This document shows, piece after piece, positions 25,591-38,749 of a stretch of DNA of 52,970 nucleotides. Under the pieces are notes generated by a model, which made no database searches, was not told where the DNA came from, and saw nothing but the letters and a program-made list of their open reading frames with translations. A program made the position numbers and the translations under genes. Numbering within the stretch: position 1 is the first letter of the stretch; every line of letters starts with the position of its first letter. Source of the DNA: Lama guanicoe (lineage: Eukaryota); contig MU053645.1 in assembly GCA_013239625.1 (NCBI GenBank), positions 682,001 to 734,970 of the forward strand, in the 5' to 3' direction.

Positions 25591-27548
25591 CTTGAGAGGA
25601 TCCCTGGGAGAGAAAGCAAGAAAATCAGGCCACATCAGAGCTCTTTGCAGGACAAGAGTATCTCAGCTTCCACCAGCAACTGGGCATCTCAATTACAACT
25701 CTGCAGTGTGTGAGTGATGTTATCATTTTACAACTTTATCTGGTCTGTTCTGTAAGGCTCATCACACCTCATGCTTGGATGACAATCATTTTCTTTTGAG
25801 CTGAATGGCTCTCTGATCACTTGTATTTTCAGAGTGGAAAATGTGTGGCTATTCACTAGTACTATAACTCAGTTTCAGTTGGTTTCAATCAGTTTCAAAG
25901 TTTGTAAAGGGCTGCTGAAATTTTCTTCATAACAGCCATGAAAGCTCTAAATGAGAAACAGTTAATCTCAACCAATAACTACACTTATTTGGGTGTGCAT
26001 TTTTATTGGCAAACATTCTTCTGTATTACTGGAAAAAGATGTCTCTTGAGAAAAACTAAGGACATTAACTTCTCCCACCTATGGTTTCTGCTGTTGTGTG
26101 GTGAGACCAGATTTCTCAATATAAAAGGTTTGCAAGGGCAAGGCAACATTAGAGCTTAGTTTGGGCTTTCCAGGGAATCCTCAGTTTTCAGCCCTTTCAC
26201 CACAATCTATCCCTTCTGGTCCTAACTCAAAGGTGGTTTTCATAAAACAGCATAACACTTATTAAAAATGGAATCAACTATATGAGGTAGTAGACTGGAA
26301 AGATTTTCATGTAAGTTTTTTGTATCCAATATAAATGGGTTTTATATGTATGTGTCTGTGCTCTCACACACTTGCATACTTCAGACATTCATTTAAAATC
26401 TCTGCCCTGAGCATGAACCACGTTTTTGTTCAATATCATGGCTTTTCCCCTAAGTTTGCAATAATTAGGCCAGGATCTAGAAGCTAAAGCAAGATTGTGG
26501 TTGATAGATAAAAAGCATCAGGATTAAGTGCTCCCCTTTTTTGTTTGTTTCTTTCAGAGAAACCCACTGAAAAGAACTCTGTGTGTGACACAGCTCTGTT
26601 CCATATTGTTTCACCAGTTAGCTCTGGGTTAGCTTTATCATCATTTCACTGAATGCATCTCTGTACATACATATATACAGATACCTGTAAGGAGAAGGGA
26701 TCTGGCCCTGCCCACTGAATAGCTATTGTACAGTTAATCTGGGTAAGAATGAAAGTCCCAAGATCAGGGAAGAGGGTTTTCAAAGGCCAAATTCTTGGTA
26801 GGGACATACATGTAAGGTCAAATTGAGAGAAGCAACATAGAATCTCTTGGAATACAGGAGACAGAGGAACAGAGGGCCTGAGTAAAAGGGCAGGGTAGGA
26901 CAGACACAGGTCTAGAAGATTGTATCTTTAGCTTTACTATATCAAGACCCACCAAGTCATGTCTCTATTTCAAGGATTCACCCTACCATTCAGTTACCCT
27001 GCTGGATTATGTCAATATTTCATTTTAAGAAAACCTCTCTATGAAAATGGATTCATTTTTTCCTCTAATAAACTTTCAAGTGTACCTACATGTTTTTTGC
27101 TGTGTGAAGGATAGTATGTGTGAGCACACATATGCACATGCAGGATCTGAGTGGTGAATAAGGAACTGAGGTTCATTCTAGGAGAGAGAATATTAAGATG
27201 CTCATTCACATATCAGGAGCTCAAGTCAATATGTGCAAGATTTCATGAGTGGTACACACTAAGTGTTTAGCAGGACAGAGATTGTTCCCAACAGCAGAAT
27301 CCAGAGAAAGTCTTTGAGAAGAGAACATTTTAAAAGCAAGTAAAGCAGTGAAAGATAAAAAAGCAAGAGAGAGACAATGGCAAGTTAAAGAATGGATCAA
27401 AGGCAGAACTAGCACAATCAAAGACAGGCAGGCAGAAAGGAGTAATGCATGTTCAAAGAATCACCATAGCAATCCAAATGAATTATAGCAGAAGAGTACT
27501 GTTGGGAAACAGCAGCAAATGCAGATGAAACAAATCAAAGCCGTAGCT

Positions 27549-27742
27549 CAGTAGTTCTCAAACATTTATGTGCATCCGCATTACTTGGGGGAGGGCTTGT
27601 TAAAAAATGAAGATTCCTGGACCCACTCCCAGAGATTCTACTTCACAGGTCTAGGGTACCACTGAGGAATTTAGAAGTTTAATGGGCACCTGAAAGGGAG
27701 GCTGATGCAGGCGGTCAGAGCTCACACTTAAGGAAACATTAA
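27549..27742. mobile_element. MER5-type hAT-Charlie MITE
   Basis: cagtagttctcaaac...cttgttaaaaaatgaagattcctggacccactcccagagattct...gctgatgcaggcggtc...cacacttaaggaaacatt. Confidence 0.85.
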
Positions 27743-28469
27743 GTTAGCAGGTGATATCCTGATAGGAGTCACTATTAGGTTCCTTTGAATTCCAAATTTG
27801 CTTAACGGCATTATGATAATAATTTATTTAAAATAATTTCATTGAATTATATGTCTTCTAGATGAGATAAATTTTGTAAACCAAGTTATGCCTGTAATTC
27901 TAATTGGAATTACTTTTTTTTTTCCAGTGAAACAGGAGAAAAACACCACGCAAAAGTACTTTAAAACTTTATATATAAACAGGCTGACTACAATAGTTTT
28001 TTTCAATTAGTCACTGTCTGCTTGAAGGTTACAAAACAACTCTTTTTCCTCTGAGTTTGGATAAATTAGGAGACCACCTGCTGTTCTGTTTACAAAAATT
28101 AGTTGTTGAATTCACCGTCTGGGAGAGCTTTGGTTGGTTTGGTTTGAATGTTCATGGGAATGAAATCTGAAGTGTTGCCACACATTCCATTTGGACAACA
28201 TTGTACATTTATCAAATGGAATATATAAGCTTCCAGCATTAGATAATTACAGTTCACAGATGTATTTCAATATACAAGCATGGGATATAGGTAGCTTTTT
28301 GACATGAGAAAGAAGCCTTGAATGTCAGGACCTACCTCAAACATACAAAATATATGACGTAGGATTGTGTTTTTTTTTAACTCAAAAGGATTTATCATTA
28401 TATAGTATGTAGGATTCCATTATGCTAAAGTTGGAGTGCAGTGATCCCAAAGTTACATATTCAAAATGA

Positions 28470-28552
28470 GGAATATGCATTTTTCTTCAAAGATCATCTG
28501 CGGCTTTAATTTTCAAAGGGTCGTGTGATCCAAAAAAGATTAAGAATCACTG
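28470..28552. mobile_element. Charlie4z-like MITE half
   Basis: atgcatttttct...tcaaagggtcgtgtgatccaaaaaagattaagaatcactg. Reverse complement resembles the element starting at 34282. Confidence 0.55.
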
Positions 28553-28719
28553 AAAAGGTAATTTCTTCCCAAGCTATTTTGATCATCATCAATCATTTCT
28601 TATAAAGCTGAAGGGATAAGATACATTTGAGTCAGTTATTTGTTCTTCTAAAGCTTTAGTAAGTGATTTGTTCAAATAAGCAATTCCAGGAAACACTAAA
28701 ACCAAATTTTTGACCTAAA

Positions 28720-29585
28720 GTTCAGACAGGGTAAAGAGTCAACATGATGGGTAAGGCCTATTTCACACTCATAAAGTAGACTTTTTTCAGACACAAAAAT
28801 AAAGGAAGTGTACTTCAGGCAGAGCAAATATGAGGGAACATGCATAAACCATAAAAGGCTTTTGTAGTCTAAGAAACAGAACACTAGTTTCACCAGAAAA
28901 GTAGGGTGAGGTCATGTTATAAAGGGTCTTGAACAATGACTGTAAAATAAGCTTAGGCCTTATTCTGGACCATGTGCTATTCTGAACCCTTTGCATACAT
29001 TAACTTATTTAATTAGCACAACAAATTTTTGATAGAGGTACTATTATTAGTGCCATTTTACAAGGAGATTGAGCTACTGAGAGGTCAGGAGAAAGTTTTA
29101 GGCATGATCAGAAAGGTATTTATGGCTGCAATGTGGAAGATGCCTTAGAAAGGAGACAGACAACAAGACAGAAAATTAGGAAAAATTCTAGTATAGTAAT
29201 TCAGGCAAGATTTAATGAAAACTCTGAATTAGGACAGGATAAATGGGAAGTAAGAACATATTCAAGACAGAGATGGGAGGGAAACTGCCCATATTAAGTA
29301 GCCAATTGAATTTCAGGTTGAGGGGGAGAGGTGAGAGAAGAATAATTAATTATTACTACCAAGTCTCACTTGAGTGTATAGGTAGATGATGGTGACATTC
29401 ATCAGGACAAGAAATGCAAAAGAAAGCATAACTTATAGGTAAGGCAGTAAATTTCACTTTGGACAGCTGGTATTGAGATTCCAGGAGTACACCAGAGGTA
29501 AATATAAAATAGACAGTTTGCTGTCCAGATGTACAACCAGGAGAGCTATCTGAGCAGAAGATAGATTTGTGTATCAACAACATTT
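28720..29585 (-). mobile_element. Antisense L2 body with an embedded MIR fragment (about 28965-29090)
   Basis: gggtgaggtcatgttataaagggtcttgaac...ggtagatgatggtgacattcatc...aaatttcactttggaca. MIR part gtactattattagtgccattttaca. Confidence 0.7.
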
Positions 29586-29859
29586 GCACTTTTCATCTTT
29601 GGCCTTCTGGAGTTCCTGCCTTCATTACTGCTGTATGATTTATTAGTAGGAATCATGTTGGTGTGAAAGGAGGGTAGGATTCTTTGAGAGTGGAAGGCCT
29701 TGGCATATAAAGGCAGCTTAAAAATATACCAAAGCTTAGAGCCAGCATGTCTTGGGTTGACCTGGCCATACTTGCCACATGGCAAGGCAGAAGGGGTCCA
29801 ACACATTCTACGTAGAGAACTGAAAGTATCTGAATAAGGAATGCATGTGCTAGATAAGT

Positions 29860-30015
29860 AAGGATCAAGCTTTAATGTGCATAGCAATCACTTTGGGAAT
29901 CATGTTAAAAATGCCGATTTCAGATTTAGTAGGTTTGGTGTGGGATATAAAATTCTACATTTGTACCAAGCTGTTGGGAAATGCCAGTGCTGGTGGTCCA
30001 CACTTTGGGTAGCAA
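29860..30015. mobile_element. MER5A-like MITE
   Basis: tcaagctttaatgtgcatagcaatcactttggg...tgttaaaaatgccgatt...tgctggtggtccacactttgggtagcaa. Confidence 0.75.
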
Positions 30016-30024
30016 CAAACAATC

Positions 30025-30335
30025 TAGATAAGTGCTGCCCATAGAAATATAATATTAGACACATATTTAATGTAAATTGTTCCAGTAGCCACATTAAAAA
30101 GTTAAAAAGAAACTTGATATAAATTTTAATAACAAATTTAATTAACTCAATATATTCAAATAATATAATTGAAGTATTTGCATACTACTTAAAATATTAA
30201 TGAGATATTTTACATCCTTTTTTGTACTAATATTTAGAAATCTAGTGTGTAGTTTACACTTACAACTCATCTATCTCAATTTGAACTAGCCACATTTCAA
30301 GTGCTTAAAAGCCACATACTAAAGACAGTGCAGGC
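30025..30335. mobile_element. MER33-like hAT-Charlie MITE
   Basis: gtgctgcccatagaaatataat...agtagccacattaaaaagttaaaaaga...ctagccacatttcaagtgct...gacagtgcag. Confidence 0.8.
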
Positions 30336-32354
30336 CTAGACACTCAGTTCTAAATCAGGTGTCATGAATCCATGATCAACAACATGAATCATCCCCATGA
30401 AAATAGATCTCAGTTTTCCAAAATGCATATGAAAAATTTCATCCCACTCTGTTCATAGCCATCTGCTCTCTTAGCTTTCAATATGAAGGTAAAGAGTTGC
30501 TTAGCTCAGACAGTGTTCACTTTCAATTTTCATGTAGCTACCAAATATGTGATAAACTCACTTTAGACCAGGTCACTTAAGAAACTGAACAGGTAATAGA
30601 ATAAGTTCCAGAGTATGAGCCTGGAGATATAAATTCAGGCCCAAGAGAGTTTTGTCCTCTTTTACGTATTTATGACTTGGGCTACATAGTTTCCTATGTG
30701 GTAAAATTGGGGGAGGGGTGGACCAGATCATCTCCAAAGTCCCTCCCAGTGCTCATTTTCTACTAATCTGTATCTAAACACTATGCATTGTGAGCATATT
30801 CCAATTACAAGTCAACACTTGATGCAACAAATGATCACAAGACAACACTCTCAGGCCCTGAATCATTTCAACAATATATCAATTCTGTTGATAAATGAGC
30901 TTTGATGAGAATCCACAGCCAAATATTTTCTAATGACTGAACCTATAGTTAATCAATATAGAAAAATAGCCTTTTCTATGGCAGCCATGACCTGCCAGGA
31001 GTAAAGCTTTGATAAACATCACCAAATAACTCAACCATAATTAGCTGTCTAAACCTTCAGCTGAATTCTGTAGGATTTTGCCACTTGTGTCAGGTCATAC
31101 CAAGGCCAAAATGAAGCAAGCAGATACAAAGCAAGAAGGAACAGAAGAAATTAATATACTTACTACACTCACTCTCATGGAAAAAACATATTAAGTTAAA
31201 ATCTCTTCTTCATTTCAAGGAGGTAAAATTTTACTTAGTACAATCTACTTCATTGTGTAAATATATTAGGATGGGTTAGAGTCATGAGAATTAAGCTACC
31301 AAACTAAAATGGAATCAGAACAGTTGAAATCATACAAAATACAGCATAATTTTACTTTAAAATGGTAAGGTTCCCCATGGCTTCCAAAAAAGATTGATTA
31401 TCTTTTTGAAATGTTAATGACTTTTTTTGAGCATATGGGGCAATCTGAAGACTGTTACAACTTCCTCCTAGGCTCAGAAAAGAATTTGACAAAGGGACCA
31501 GATACACTGTTCAGATTAAACTAAATTCTTTGGCCTAGACAGGACTCTTGCTTCTTTCATAGTTGAAGTATTGATATATACTTTTTTTTTTACCATCTTA
31601 ATTTAAGAACATCTTTCCACTTCAGAACTCATCTTTTGCCTTTGCCGGAGGCTGAAAAGATATCATAATGAAAAGGAGCTTAAAATCATACAACAGCATG
31701 GGGATCATTGGTAAGTCATCCCCAACAGAGGATTGAATTTTTAGATGTATACAAAGATTAAAACATAGCTAAGAAGGTATGCTTTCCCAATGTTTTCTGA
31801 TCTAAATGTGTAATTATCACATATATAAAGAAAAGATGTCACAGAAGTGCCTACTATAGGAAATACATCTTTTCAATAGTCTCTCTACTCTACCTATAGG
31901 CTGTTTCCAAGGCTATGCGTCTTATCTACTTCCTTTAACTCGTCTCATGATATTAATCTCAATAAGTAGGTTCACATCCTGTAAAAGAAACCCTCCCACC
32001 AGCCCTGTGGATGTCCTACTCATTTTACTCTCATGATATAAAAGCAAGGCATACAGGTTCATAAAGGAAATCTCATACATAGTTCATTTGGACAGGACCT
32101 TACAGGACCTACTACTAGATCTTAATCACTGATGTTGAGGCCCAGTCACATTCTCCTTGCTACTTCTCCAGGAACAACCAGGACCTAGTCAAGCACATGA
32201 ATGCAGTAACAGCATGAATGTAGGAGAATCTGTATTAGTGTGAGGGATACAATAAGACTGAAGATCAAAAAAAAATGGTTCTAGGCCAGAGTGATCAGAG
32301 CCTTCTTTTGAAGCAATCCTGGAAAGGAAGAAGAGTAATTGCTTAGTCAGGTAT

Positions 32355-32545
32355 TGTGATGGCCATGAGAATGCACCCCATAGACCTCCAACTACAGGGA
32401 ATGTAACTGACCAGGGGCTTTAGCTGCCCTGTGCTAAAATTCACCACCACACACTGGTGTTGTGGTTATGTATCCCATGGGCATCCTCTAACACTACCTG
32501 GGCATGGTAGGGATACAAAGGCAGGTCCATTCCTGGGAGACAGAA
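32355..32545 (+). mobile_element. ERVL LTR16-family 5' fragment
   Basis: TGtgatggccatgagaatgcacccc...ggtagggatacaaaggcaggtccattcctgggagacag. Confidence 0.5.
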
Positions 32546-32564
32546 AACACCTTATTACATTTAT

Positions 32565-32945
32565 AGTCAATAGATTTCTGGCAAAGATGGAAGCTATTTC
32601 AGCAGGGAAAATATAGTCTTTCCAAAAAACAGTACTGGGGCAATGCAAAAAGACTAATTTAGATCTCTACCACACACCAAACACAAACATTTACTCAAAA
32701 TCGACCTTAGACCTAAAAGTAAGAGCTAAAACTATAAACTCATAGAAGAAAATATTGGCATAAATCTTTGTGATCTTGGATTAGGTGAAGATATCTTAGA
32801 TATGACACCAAACACACAAGTGACAAAATAAAAACTAGGTCAATTGGATGTCATCAAAAACATTTTTTAATTGTGTTTCAAAGGTCACTATTGAAAAAAT
32901 GAAGATAAGTCATACACTGAGAGAAAATAATTTGCAATATCATTT
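32565..32945 (+). mobile_element. Old L1M ORF2 fragment
   Basis: agacctaaaagtaagagctaaaactataaactcatagaagaaaatattggcataaatctttgtgatcttggattagg...agatatgacacca. Confidence 0.85.
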
Positions 32946-33439
32946 CCTGGCTCTATTACTTCCTAAGAGTAAAGCTTGGAGCTTTCTGATATTCAGTTTT
33001 GTCATATGCAAACAAGAGGAAAATAGAACAATCTATGTTAAATTGCTTTTTAAACAGAAATTGCAATATACATTAAAGGGATTTTTTATTAGTGGTGGTG
33101 GTAGAAAAGATAAAATGTACACATACATAAACTATGCCAAAAAGTACAAAGTGACCTGAGAGATGTACAGACAACATTTCAGAGGAGGGAGAGATTTGTT
33201 TTGGCCTGAGTGAACAGAACAGTTTCCTGGAGATGCTGACACTGAAACTGGACCATGATGGATATTTGCATTTGAGCAAGTACAGGGGGACTTAAGGAAT
33301 CCAGTCAGAAAATTCAGCAGAAATGTGTATCACACATGGGCACATAAAATACATCTATTTACCTGAAATACAGCTTTCTTGCTTCCTTATCCCTTCTTAC
33401 ACCTGAAAGGATTCCTCCACCAGATGCCTTTTCTATTCA

Positions 33440-33840
33440 CAAATTTCTGCAAATTTCTTCTCTATTCTGTGAATTTCACCTCCTCTGCTTTACTATTCTG
33501 TGACTCAGTACCCTGCCCAGGCCCTACTACCCCCATCAGATGTGACTTATGATCTGACCTAATACATGGCTCATGTCTCTCATTTGGCACAGTTCTAACC
33601 TTGCATCACATTACAATCTCTGGGCTGCGATTATCTTATACTCCCTAGATTGTAATTGAGGTACAGAATCTTGTCGTATTCGTTGTTATAGTTTCTACAC
33701 ACAATATCTTCTCAAAGTCATTTGTTGAATCAAAGTTAATTTACTGAATATTTATTAAGGGTTTATTCTTTGCCCAGTATCATGCTATATGGAATACAGC
33801 ATAAGACTTGACCCTTGTCCTCAAGTTGCTTACAGCCTAG
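33440..33840. mobile_element. Two L2 3' ends tail-to-tail
   Basis: ctagattgtaattgagg...atttgttgaat (sense). tttactgaatatttattaagg...gacccttgtcctcaagttgcttacagcctag (antisense). Confidence 0.55.
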
Positions 33841-34281
33841 CCAGGTCTCAAGCTTCATGTCAAACAATTTAGAAAACAATAGGAAATGAAATATAATATA
33901 TTCAGCATTGGTGATTTTCTTCCCCAGCTAATATCTAACAGCAAAAAGATATCTGACTTAACTCCTTGCCATTAGTCAAACTGTTATAGACATATAGGTG
34001 AAGGAGATGTGATAAAAAGAGAGTAACATATGCTCCATCAATGGTAAATTTAAAGACAAACCCACTAATAATAAAATCTGTTTTAAATGTCCATTAGTCA
34101 TTGGTATAAACAAAGTTCTACAATAAAAGATATGTTTTCCATTAAAATTGAGTTATCTCCTGTCTTATCTTAATAAACACTACACTTGAATTATTAATTT
34201 CTCTAATGAGACACTGGGGAAATTCAGAAATAAATATTTGGTTCTAGGTCACTTCTTTCCAATACATATTATGTGGTCCAC

Positions 34282-35088
34282 CAGTGGTTCTTAATGGCAT
34301 TTGGGTCATGGATCTCCTATGATGAAAGCTAGTAATTGTCTCTCGGGAAAAATGCACAATCACAAATTTTTGCATGATATTTTAGATGATTTGGGGATAT
34401 GCCTCCAAAGTTCACTCACGGACACTGCGGTAGGTAGAATTTTAAAACAGTCTCCAAGGATCCTGACCTCTGGTGTTCATACCTTGTATAATCCCCTCTG
34501 TGAATATAAGAGGACATCACTCTCATGATTAGGCTATGTTATACTACAAAGGTCAAAGAATTTTGCAGATGAAATTAAGGTCCCTAATCAGTTGACTGTG
34601 AGTTAACAAAAACAGATTATCCTCGTTAAGCCTTAACTAATCTGGTGAAACCTTAAAAGACTGGAGAAGAGAAACCCTTAAGCAGTAGAGATGCTCTCCT
34701 ACTGACCTGGAAGAAAGCAAATAACCATTTTAGAAACTGTCTATGGAAAAGGTCAAGCAGCTAGGATCTGATGGCAGCCTCTAGAAGCAAAGAATGACCT
34801 CCAGATGACAGTAATGAAGAAAATGGAGACCTTGCTCCTATAATCACAGGAACACAATTCTGCCAAGAACCTGAATAAGCTTGAAAAAGAGCCCCAAGCT
34901 CAAGATGAGAACACAGCCCACACATCAACTTGATTTCAGTCTTGTGACATTGAGCAGAGGAACTATGCCTGGACTTCTGACCTACAGAAACTGTGGGATA
35001 AAAATAGGTGGCTTAAAAGCCATTAAGTTTGTGGTATTTGTTATGTAGCAATAGAAAACTAATACAAACATAAATTAAGAACCTGTGA
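34282..35088. mobile_element. Charlie4z-like MITE split by the MLT1 LTR
   Basis: Terminal inverted repeats cagtggttcttaa ... ttaagaacctgtg. Body gggtcatgga...tgatgaaagcta...gaaaaatgcac...ttttgcat. Confidence 0.65.
34426..35066 (+). mobile_element. Complete MaLR solo LTR, MLT1E-like
   Basis: TGcggtaggtagaatt...attttgcagatgaaattaaggtccctaatcagttgact...gacttctgacctacagaaactgtg...gcaatagaaaactaataCA. Confidence 0.92.
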
Positions 35089-35741
35089 CCTAGAGGGATA
35101 ATATGGAACACCCAGGCAATATTCATAGCAGTTGTGACTTTCAGAGGTTCAGATGGCAGCATAAAGATTCCAGTGATTCCAGACATCTCAAATTTTTTTT
35201 TATTATTCTTTAGATCTAAGCTTTACAAAAGGCATTAGCTACACATCAATTCTGCAGGCAAATCAGATCTAATAAGCCCAGAAGATTTATTTTTGCCCTC
35301 CAAATCATTCCTTATTAAATACATAAGTTGTCCAGTGGACAGCCAATATTTTTCTTTTTCTCCCAGCCCCCTGGACTGATATGACTGCAAAGCCTTCTCC
35401 CCAGTCATGGTTGCTAAGTATTTGAAATTCATTGTTCTTACCAGTCAGAGACACTGGATTGATTATTTAGGAATTATTTATACTGGATAGACCTGTAGCA
35501 ACCTCAGCTCATGTGTGAAACTCACATGCATATCCCAACGCAAACATTGGTAATTCCACGTCTCACGTTTCCGACTTACATTTCTTCTCTCCTATGCTTC
35601 CTGCAAAACATACTTGTCCATTGTCCTGCTCTCACTGATTCCTGGCAGATGAAAGGTGTTAATTCAATCCATTCATTCATTCTACAAGTATTCACATAGT
35701 GACCTATCACATGCAAGATACAGTCAACATTCTCTGGAGGA

Positions 35742-35909
35742 CAGAGCCAGCTTCATGAGTCTGTGATCTGTGCAGTTGCACAGGGTTCTGCATGTAGAAG
35801 GGCCCTGTGCTTGGTTTAATGCTCTGCTTTTGCCATCTTGAAATTTCTAATAATTTTGAACTAGGGGCCCTGCATTTTCATTTTTACTAAAAATTATGTA
35901 GCCAGTTTT
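35742..35909. mobile_element. MER45A-like hAT-Tip100 MITE
   Basis: cagagccagcttcatg...agaagggccctgtgcttggtttaatgctctgc...ggggccctgcattttcatttt...aattatgtagccag. Confidence 0.85.
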
Positions 35910-36454
35910 ATTATAGGAATATAATATAATGGGGTACATAACTGCATGCTAGTCTCAGTTGTCAATTCTATAAATTGAGGGGGCAAGACTGAGTCAGAGT
36001 TTCCCAAACTTACCTGATAATGAGAATCACCAGGGGTGGTTGTTATGATCACAAAGCACAAATTCTGACTGCAAATCTCTAATCCTTTCAGTCAGCTTGC
36101 TCCTATACCAACGTCTCCAACACTTCCCTGCACCCCAGCACTGACATCCCATACGCATCCCATAACAACAGGAAAGGTCACATTCTTGGGGGCGGGGGCA
36201 TGAAATCGGTGGAGGCTTCATGGAGAAGGCTGCCTCTACACTGTACCCTGAGAGATGGGGTAGGATTTCCCAGACAGAGATGAAGGAAAAGATTTTCCAG
36301 AGAGAGTCAACATTTCTATGCAAAGCCAGGGATGGTGCACAGGTGTGGAGCATGGCCTCACAAGTCAGGGGAATGGGGTTCAAATCAAATTCTGGAAGTA
36401 ACTGCTTTTCCCCATGGTCCTCACTCCTCTTCTCTCTTTTGCATCAGGGTGAAC

Positions 36455-36456
<2 letters not shown>

Positions 36457-36491
<35 letters not shown>

Positions 36492-36555
36492 ACACACACA
36501 CACTCAGACATACATGATATGTGTATGTATATCTGTGTGTACACACACACACACA
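36457..36555. repeat. Compound (CA)n microsatellite
   Basis: About 23 CA units at 36457-36503 with one TA interruption, followed by a mixed TG/CA tract. Confidence 0.95.
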
Positions 36556-37849
36556 TTTTTCCCCCTTAATTTCAGTTTGGTCCTCTTCCATTTTTGAGAA
36601 CATAAGCCATTCCAGTATTTTGTCAGCTGAAATGTGAGCTCTGCCTTTTCTGCTTGCATTCTTTTCTATGACAGCCTATTAAAGTAGTCAGCTAAGGATT
36701 CTCTGAGTCTCTCAAGATCAGACTCCTATGTGCCTGTGTGTGTATGAGTGTGCACAATGTTATTTTCACCACATGTGCATCTTATTTGTAATATCCTAGC
36801 ATTATTGACACATTTTAGAACATCTGCATATGTTGTACAAGCAACAATAAAATCACCAAATAGTAAACAGCACCAATTATATTTGATCTGACTGACATAT
36901 AGACTACCGTAAAGTAAAATAGGGAATACAAAATCAGGAGCAAGAAAGCAGACATGAGAGCACTCCTTTTTTTTTTTTAAATCCCCCAATATTTCATAAT
37001 TGCATGGCACTTTTCAGAATTATCTTGCTTCTTTTATGAACACATTCCCATCACAATGGGTGAAAATAGCCATGCCAATGCCAATAATTCCAAAGTTATG
37101 ATGTTCCCGCCCTTGAGCTCAATTTCCTAGAACCACTGCCTAATGCTTCATACCAGACACAATTCGGATGCCTGACGTTGCAAATGCGGGTACCGACATT
37201 TAATACATTGGGAGTTTTGCACTAGCTTGGATCATTTCATGCAATTCGCCAAGCTACCAGCTTTGTGAGTGACCTTGCTGTGGCATTAGAAGGAGCTAAG
37301 CTTACTGATTCTTACCCTCTCACTGAGAGCAAACTAAGTTGTAGGTCAACCTGGGATCTTTGTCAGGTTGAAACCTAAACATCAAGCAATACAGAAGGAG
37401 CAGCTCATCTCAAAGCTCCCTTCCTGGGCTGTGGGAAAGTTGGTGCAATGGCACAGTATCTAAGCTCTGCAAAGGCCTTATTAAGTGTGACAGCAACAGC
37501 TGGAGCTGCGAGAACTGGCAGAGCATTGAAAGAAACACCGGCCTGCTAGAAAAGGAGAAAAAGCACACTTTGAAATATTAACTGTATCTCTGGGCTACTG
37601 GTAGGGCATGGAAATCTTAGCTGTCTGAGTAGAGTTTTGTATTGTGTTGAAGGTGATAGTTATGATCCCCTTTGGACATCCTGGTTCATCTTGTCACATT
37701 TCCCTTTACAAATATAATATATAACAACACTTTAGACAGCCAAGGTAGCCCATCCTCTGCTCGATGGATGACAATAGTGAGAGTGCTTGGGACAAGCAGA
37801 AATTTGCTTATTCAATAAATAACTCGAAGGCAGAGAGACGCCCCAAAGG

Positions 37850-38265
37850 TTGGCCTTCAAGGCCTTCTATTGGCTTCGATGACCCTGCCACACCAGACTT
37901 CATCCCTCATCCTACTGCTCTCTACTATGAACACACTACATTCTTCCTTTCTCTGTGTCTTCCTCTATTTGTGACTCTGCTTGAAATAACTCTCTTCTGC
38001 CACCAACTTCAATCTATTTCTTACATTTTCCTTTGAGAGTTACCTCAGGTCTCATCTCCTCCAATAAACCTTCCCTGACTTAACAAACCCCAGTGATGTC
38101 TTCCTTCTATGTATTTCTCTAGTGCCTACAGGCCGCACCACACAGCCTAGCCCCTGCTTCTACACGATCTTGTATAGTTCTCTCATAGAAAACTCCAGAA
38201 GGTCAGGGGCTTATATTCCAAATGGTGCCTAGGAGTGCTCATCACATAGGAATTTGTAAAATACT
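37850..38265 (+). mobile_element. L2 3' portion (degraded)
   Basis: ctcaggtctcatctcctccaataaaccttccctgac...tagaaaactccagaaggtcaggggc...cacatagg. Confidence 0.55.
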
Positions 38266-38749
38266 TACTATTTGGTGGTAAATGTGTGTCCTTTGAATCC
38301 CAACTCTAATGTTATCTGTGTGACTCCAGGTAAGTATTTTTACTAAACTCCAGTCTTGTCATCTGGGAAATGGATATAATAGCAGCTACCTCACAGCATT
38401 AGTTCTGTCCTGTTTTCAAATTTCATTTCTACCAATGAAGTTATAGTAATACTTCTAGTTCTTTGGGGGTGAAAAAGAAAAAAAAAGAAATGCCACTTCA
38501 GAGGGCCTTGGGTCTACATTGCTTAGTAAAGAAGGCTGTTGAAGACAGACTCAAGTCACTGGGTTGAATGGCCACCAAGCATGGTTTTTTACCTTAAATA
38601 GAGGACTGAAAATAGGAAACTTTTTGCCCTTTTTTCCCCCTTCTTCCCAAATCTCATCCTCTAGGTGCCTGTGGGGATGTAAGAAATCATTGCTGTTCAT
38701 TCATAATCTAAAGGTAGGCTCTTGAAAGGTGATGAAAATAAAACAAATA

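Noticed and set aside
26535..26705. Acceptor-like sites on both strands (tttctttcag; minus-strand cttctccttacag)
   Set aside because: No convincing partner donor or recognisable peptide. Such tracts are frequent in AT-rich non-coding DNA.
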